DNA of 64,000 bases from Candidatus Latescibacterota bacterium. Its GTDB lineage: Bacteria > Krumholzibacteriota > Krumholzibacteriia > WVZY01 > JAKEHA01. Of this stretch, positions 61,574 through 64,000 are shown in pieces. A program made the position numbers and the translations under genes. The stretch spans positions 2,912,001 to 2,976,000 of the forward strand of contig OY970173.1 of NCBI GenBank assembly GCA_963707635.1, written 5' to 3'. The first letter of the stretch is position 1; each line of letters opens with the position of its first letter. The notes under the pieces were generated by a model. That model had not been told where the DNA came from. It saw nothing but the letters and a program-made list of their open reading frames with translations, and did not search any database.

Positions 61574-63364
61574 GTGACGGCCCCAAGAGAAAGAACCGTG
61601 AACAAAACCATTCGCGACATACTCTTCGACGAAGTCCTTCCGCGCGTGCAGAAGCCCGGGCAGTACGCGGGCGGCGAGCGCAACCTCATCGTGAAGGACC
61701 ATGCGTCCGTCGATATCAAGGTGGCGCTCGCGTTTCCGGACACTTACGCGATCGGGATGTCGCACCTCGGGATGCGCATCCTCTACCACGTGATCAATGG
61801 CCGCGAGGACGCCTGCGCGGAGCGCGTCTTCGCGCCGTGGGTCGACATGGAGGACGAGCTGCGCCGTCGCGAGCTGCCGCTGGTCACACTCGAGACCTTC
61901 ACGCCCCTCGACCGCTTCGACGTGATCGGCTTTTCGATGCAGTACGAGCTCGGCTTCACCAACCTGCTCAACATGCTCGAACTGGCCCGCGTGCCGCGCC
62001 TCACCGAGGACCGCGGCATCAGCGACCCCGTCATTCTCGGCGGCGGTTCCATCACGCTCGCGATGGAACCGGTGGCGCCGTTCTTCGACGCCATCCTGGT
62101 CGGCGACGCCGAGGACGTCATCCACCGCGCGCTGGACGTGATCAAGGATTGGCGGCGCAGTGGCCGGACGCGCCCGGAGCTGCATCGCGCGCTGTGCACG
62201 ATTCCGGGCATGTACGTGCCCTCGCTCTACCGGGTCGACTACCACGACGACGGAACCATCGCGCGGATCGAGAACCTTCCGCCGGCGCCCGCCAGCATCC
62301 CCAAGACCACGGTCTGGGACCTGGAGAACGCGCCGTTTCCGACCCGGCCCGTGATCCCGAACGTCGAGGTCATCCACGACCGCATCAACATCGAGATCAT
62401 GCGCGGGTGCCCGAACCAGTGTCGCTTCTGCCAGGCGGTGCAGCACTATCGCCCGCTGAAGATGCGCACGATCGAAAAAGTTCTCGCGCTGGCCGAGGCT
62501 TCCTATGTCGAAACCGGCTACGACGAGATCAGCCTCACGAGCCTATCGACCGCGGACTACCCGGGCATCATCGAGCTCCTGCAGGCGGTCGGGGAGCGCT
62601 TCCGCGCGCGGCGCGTCAACGTGTCACTGCCGTCGCTGCGCGTCGGACCGGAGCTCAAGCGGCTGCCGGGTCTGACCAGCACCGTGCGCAAGTCGGGACT
62701 CACGATGGCGCCGGAAGTTGCGACCGATCGCCTGCGCGAAGTGATCCGCAAGCCGATCAGGAACGAAGATTTGATGGCCGGGTGCGCGGCCGCTTTCGAA
62801 TCCGGCTACCGGCTGGTGAAGTTCTACTTCCTGATCGGAGCCCCGACCGAGCGCGACGAGGATCTGCGCGGCATCGTCGACCTGGCGGATGCCGCGAGCC
62901 GCATGCGCCGCGAGATGTTCGGCCAGCGCGCCCAGATCAACTGCTCGATCTCGTCGCACATCCCGAAGCCGCACACCCCGTTCCAGTGGGAGGCGATGGA
63001 CACGCGCGAGGAGCTGCTCGCCAAGCAGCGCGTCATCAAGAAGTACAACCGGTCCTCCCACGTGCAGCTCAAGTTCCACGACGTCGACGTGAGCTACCTG
63101 GAAGCGGTGTTCTCGCGCGGCGATCGCCGGCTCGCGGATTCACTCCTGAAGGCGCGCGAGGCGGGGCTGCGCATGGACGCGTGGTCGGAGTGCTTCGACA
63201 TGCGTCGCTGGGACGACGTGTTTCGCGACGCCGGGGTCGACCCCGACTGGTACGCGCTGCGCGCGCGGCCGACCGACGAGATCCTCCCGTGGGACATGAT
63301 CGGGCTGAAGATTCCCACCGCCCACCTCGCCAAGGAGCACGCGCGCGCCCACGCGATGGCGTAA
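61574..63364 (+). CDS. B12-binding-domain radical SAM protein (TIGR03960-like)
   Basis: KPGQYAGGE, FPDTYAIGMSHLG, CPNQCRFC, PKPHTPFQW. Confidence 0.9.
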   Translation: MTAPRERTVNKTIRDILFDEVLPRVQKPGQYAGGERNLIVKDHASVDIKVALAFPDTYAIGMSHLGMRILYHVINGREDACAERVFAPWVDMEDELRRRELPLVTLETFTPLDRFDVIGFSMQYELGFTNLLNMLELARVPRLTEDRGISDPVILGGGSITLAMEPVAPFFDAILVGDAEDVIHRALDVIKDWRRSGRTRPELHRALCTIPGMYVPSLYRVDYHDDGTIARIENLPPAPASIPKTTVWDLENAPFPTRPVIPNVEVIHDRINIEIMRGCPNQCRFCQAVQHYRPLKMRTIEKVLALAEASYVETGYDEISLTSLSTADYPGIIELLQAVGERFRARRVNVSLPSLRVGPELKRLPGLTSTVRKSGLTMAPEVATDRLREVIRKPIRNEDLMAGCAAAFESGYRLVKFYFLIGAPTERDEDLRGIVDLADAASRMRREMFGQRAQINCSISSHIPKPHTPFQWEAMDTREELLAKQRVIKKYNRSSHVQLKFHDVDVSYLEAVFSRGDRRLADSLLKAREAGLRMDAWSECFDMRRWDDVFRDAGVDPDWYALRARPTDEILPWDMIGLKIPTAHLAKEHARAHAMA

Positions 63365-63392
63365 GCCCGTACGGCCGCATCCCGCAAGCAAG

Positions 63393-63420
63393 AGGGGCCA
63401 CCCGCGATCGGGTGGCCCCT
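63393..63420. terminator. Stem-loop terminator between convergent genes
   Basis: Perfect 12-bp stem AGGGGCCACCCG-CGAT-CGGGTGGCCCCT. Confidence 0.8.
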
Positions 63421-63451
63421 TGTACTTAAGGTGAAAACGGGAAAGCAGCCG

Positions 63452-64000
63452 TTACATTGCCGAGCGCTTCATCGTCAATTCGATCATCTTGACGTCCTTG
63501 CCATCCGGGCCCGGGCTGGACATTTCCATCGTCACCGTATTGTCGTCGACCAGCCTGGTCACGCTCTTCATCGTGACCTTCTTGCCAGTCATCGGGTCGA
63601 TGCTATCGCCGGTCATCGTCCACGTCGTCCCCTTGCCGTCGCACTGGCCGTGGGAGACCATGATGCCCGTCCCCATGTTGTCGATCCAGGTCATCACGTA
63701 TTCCTTCGCCAGGTTGTCGTAGGCCATGATGCTCATGCCTTCGAACGGCATGCCCATGAACGACCCCGTGATCTTCTCCTGCAGATAGCGACCGCCGAGG
63801 AGGAACTCGGCGGTGCGCTTGCCCGTCGACTCCGTCGGCGGCATCGAGGGGTCCATCCACATCTTGATCGTGTAGTCGAAATTCCCCGCCAGCTTCTTCA
63901 TGTGCTCGTGGTGCACGCCCGGGGTCATCGCCTGCATCATCGCCTGCTGGGCGGCAGCGTCCGTGGCGGGGGGCGCCTTCTTCTCGTCGCCTGCGAACGC
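63452..64000 (-). CDS. DUF1579-like secreted protein (5' end outside window)
   Basis: PGVHHEHMKKLAG, LGGRYL, MGMPFEG, YDN, WIDNMGT; frame open to the window edge (AFAGDEKKAPP...). Confidence 0.82.
   Translation of the reverse strand, partial: AFAGDEKKAPPATDAAAQQAMMQAMTPGVHHEHMKKLAGNFDYTIKMWMDPSMPPTESTGKRTAEFLLGGRYLQEKITGSFMGMPFEGMSIMAYDNLAKEYVMTWIDNMGTGIMVSHGQCDGKGTTWTMTGDSIDPMTGKKVTMKSVTRLVDDNTVTMEMSSPGPDGKDVKMIELTMKRSAM

Overview
High-GC bacterial chromosomal segment from a diderm organism (outer-membrane beta-barrels, lipoproteins). A C-terminal TWGxxKxLY-type motif hints at a Krumholzibacteria/Latescibacteria-like lineage; this is inference only. I see no rRNA, tRNA, CRISPR array or transposase. 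Most of the window is ordinary: a complete F1Fo ATP synthase operon, gpmI, rfbD, a DegT aminotransferase, glycosyltransferases, two M1 and one M28 peptidases, two-component genes, arcA/arcC, ABC-2 and Opp transporters, alkA, mutM and a radical SAM gene. The most interesting region is the minus-strand three-gene operon at 1-8433: a small stand-alone truncated DUF11-like protein, a ~900-aa multi-Ig-domain secreted protein, and a >1700-aa DUF11/SdrD-B/OmpA/beta-barrel outer-membrane protein that the ORF track misses because it runs off the window. The 900-aa protein ends in a DUF11 domain that keeps the Lys and Asp but lacks the last, Asn-bearing strands. Those strands appear as an N-terminal extension on both the 900-aa protein and the outer-membrane protein. 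This suggests a head-to-tail, donor-strand-complemented and possibly isopeptide-crosslinked surface fibre with its own chaperone/cap and outer-membrane anchor. A second oddity is a tandem pair of 742-aa phosphodiesterase/sulfatase-TPR genes. They are nearly identical over 1925 bp, diverge in their TPR tails, and show an extreme local C/G strand skew. Two single-base frameshifts in 3-nt homopolymers are probably sequencing errors.
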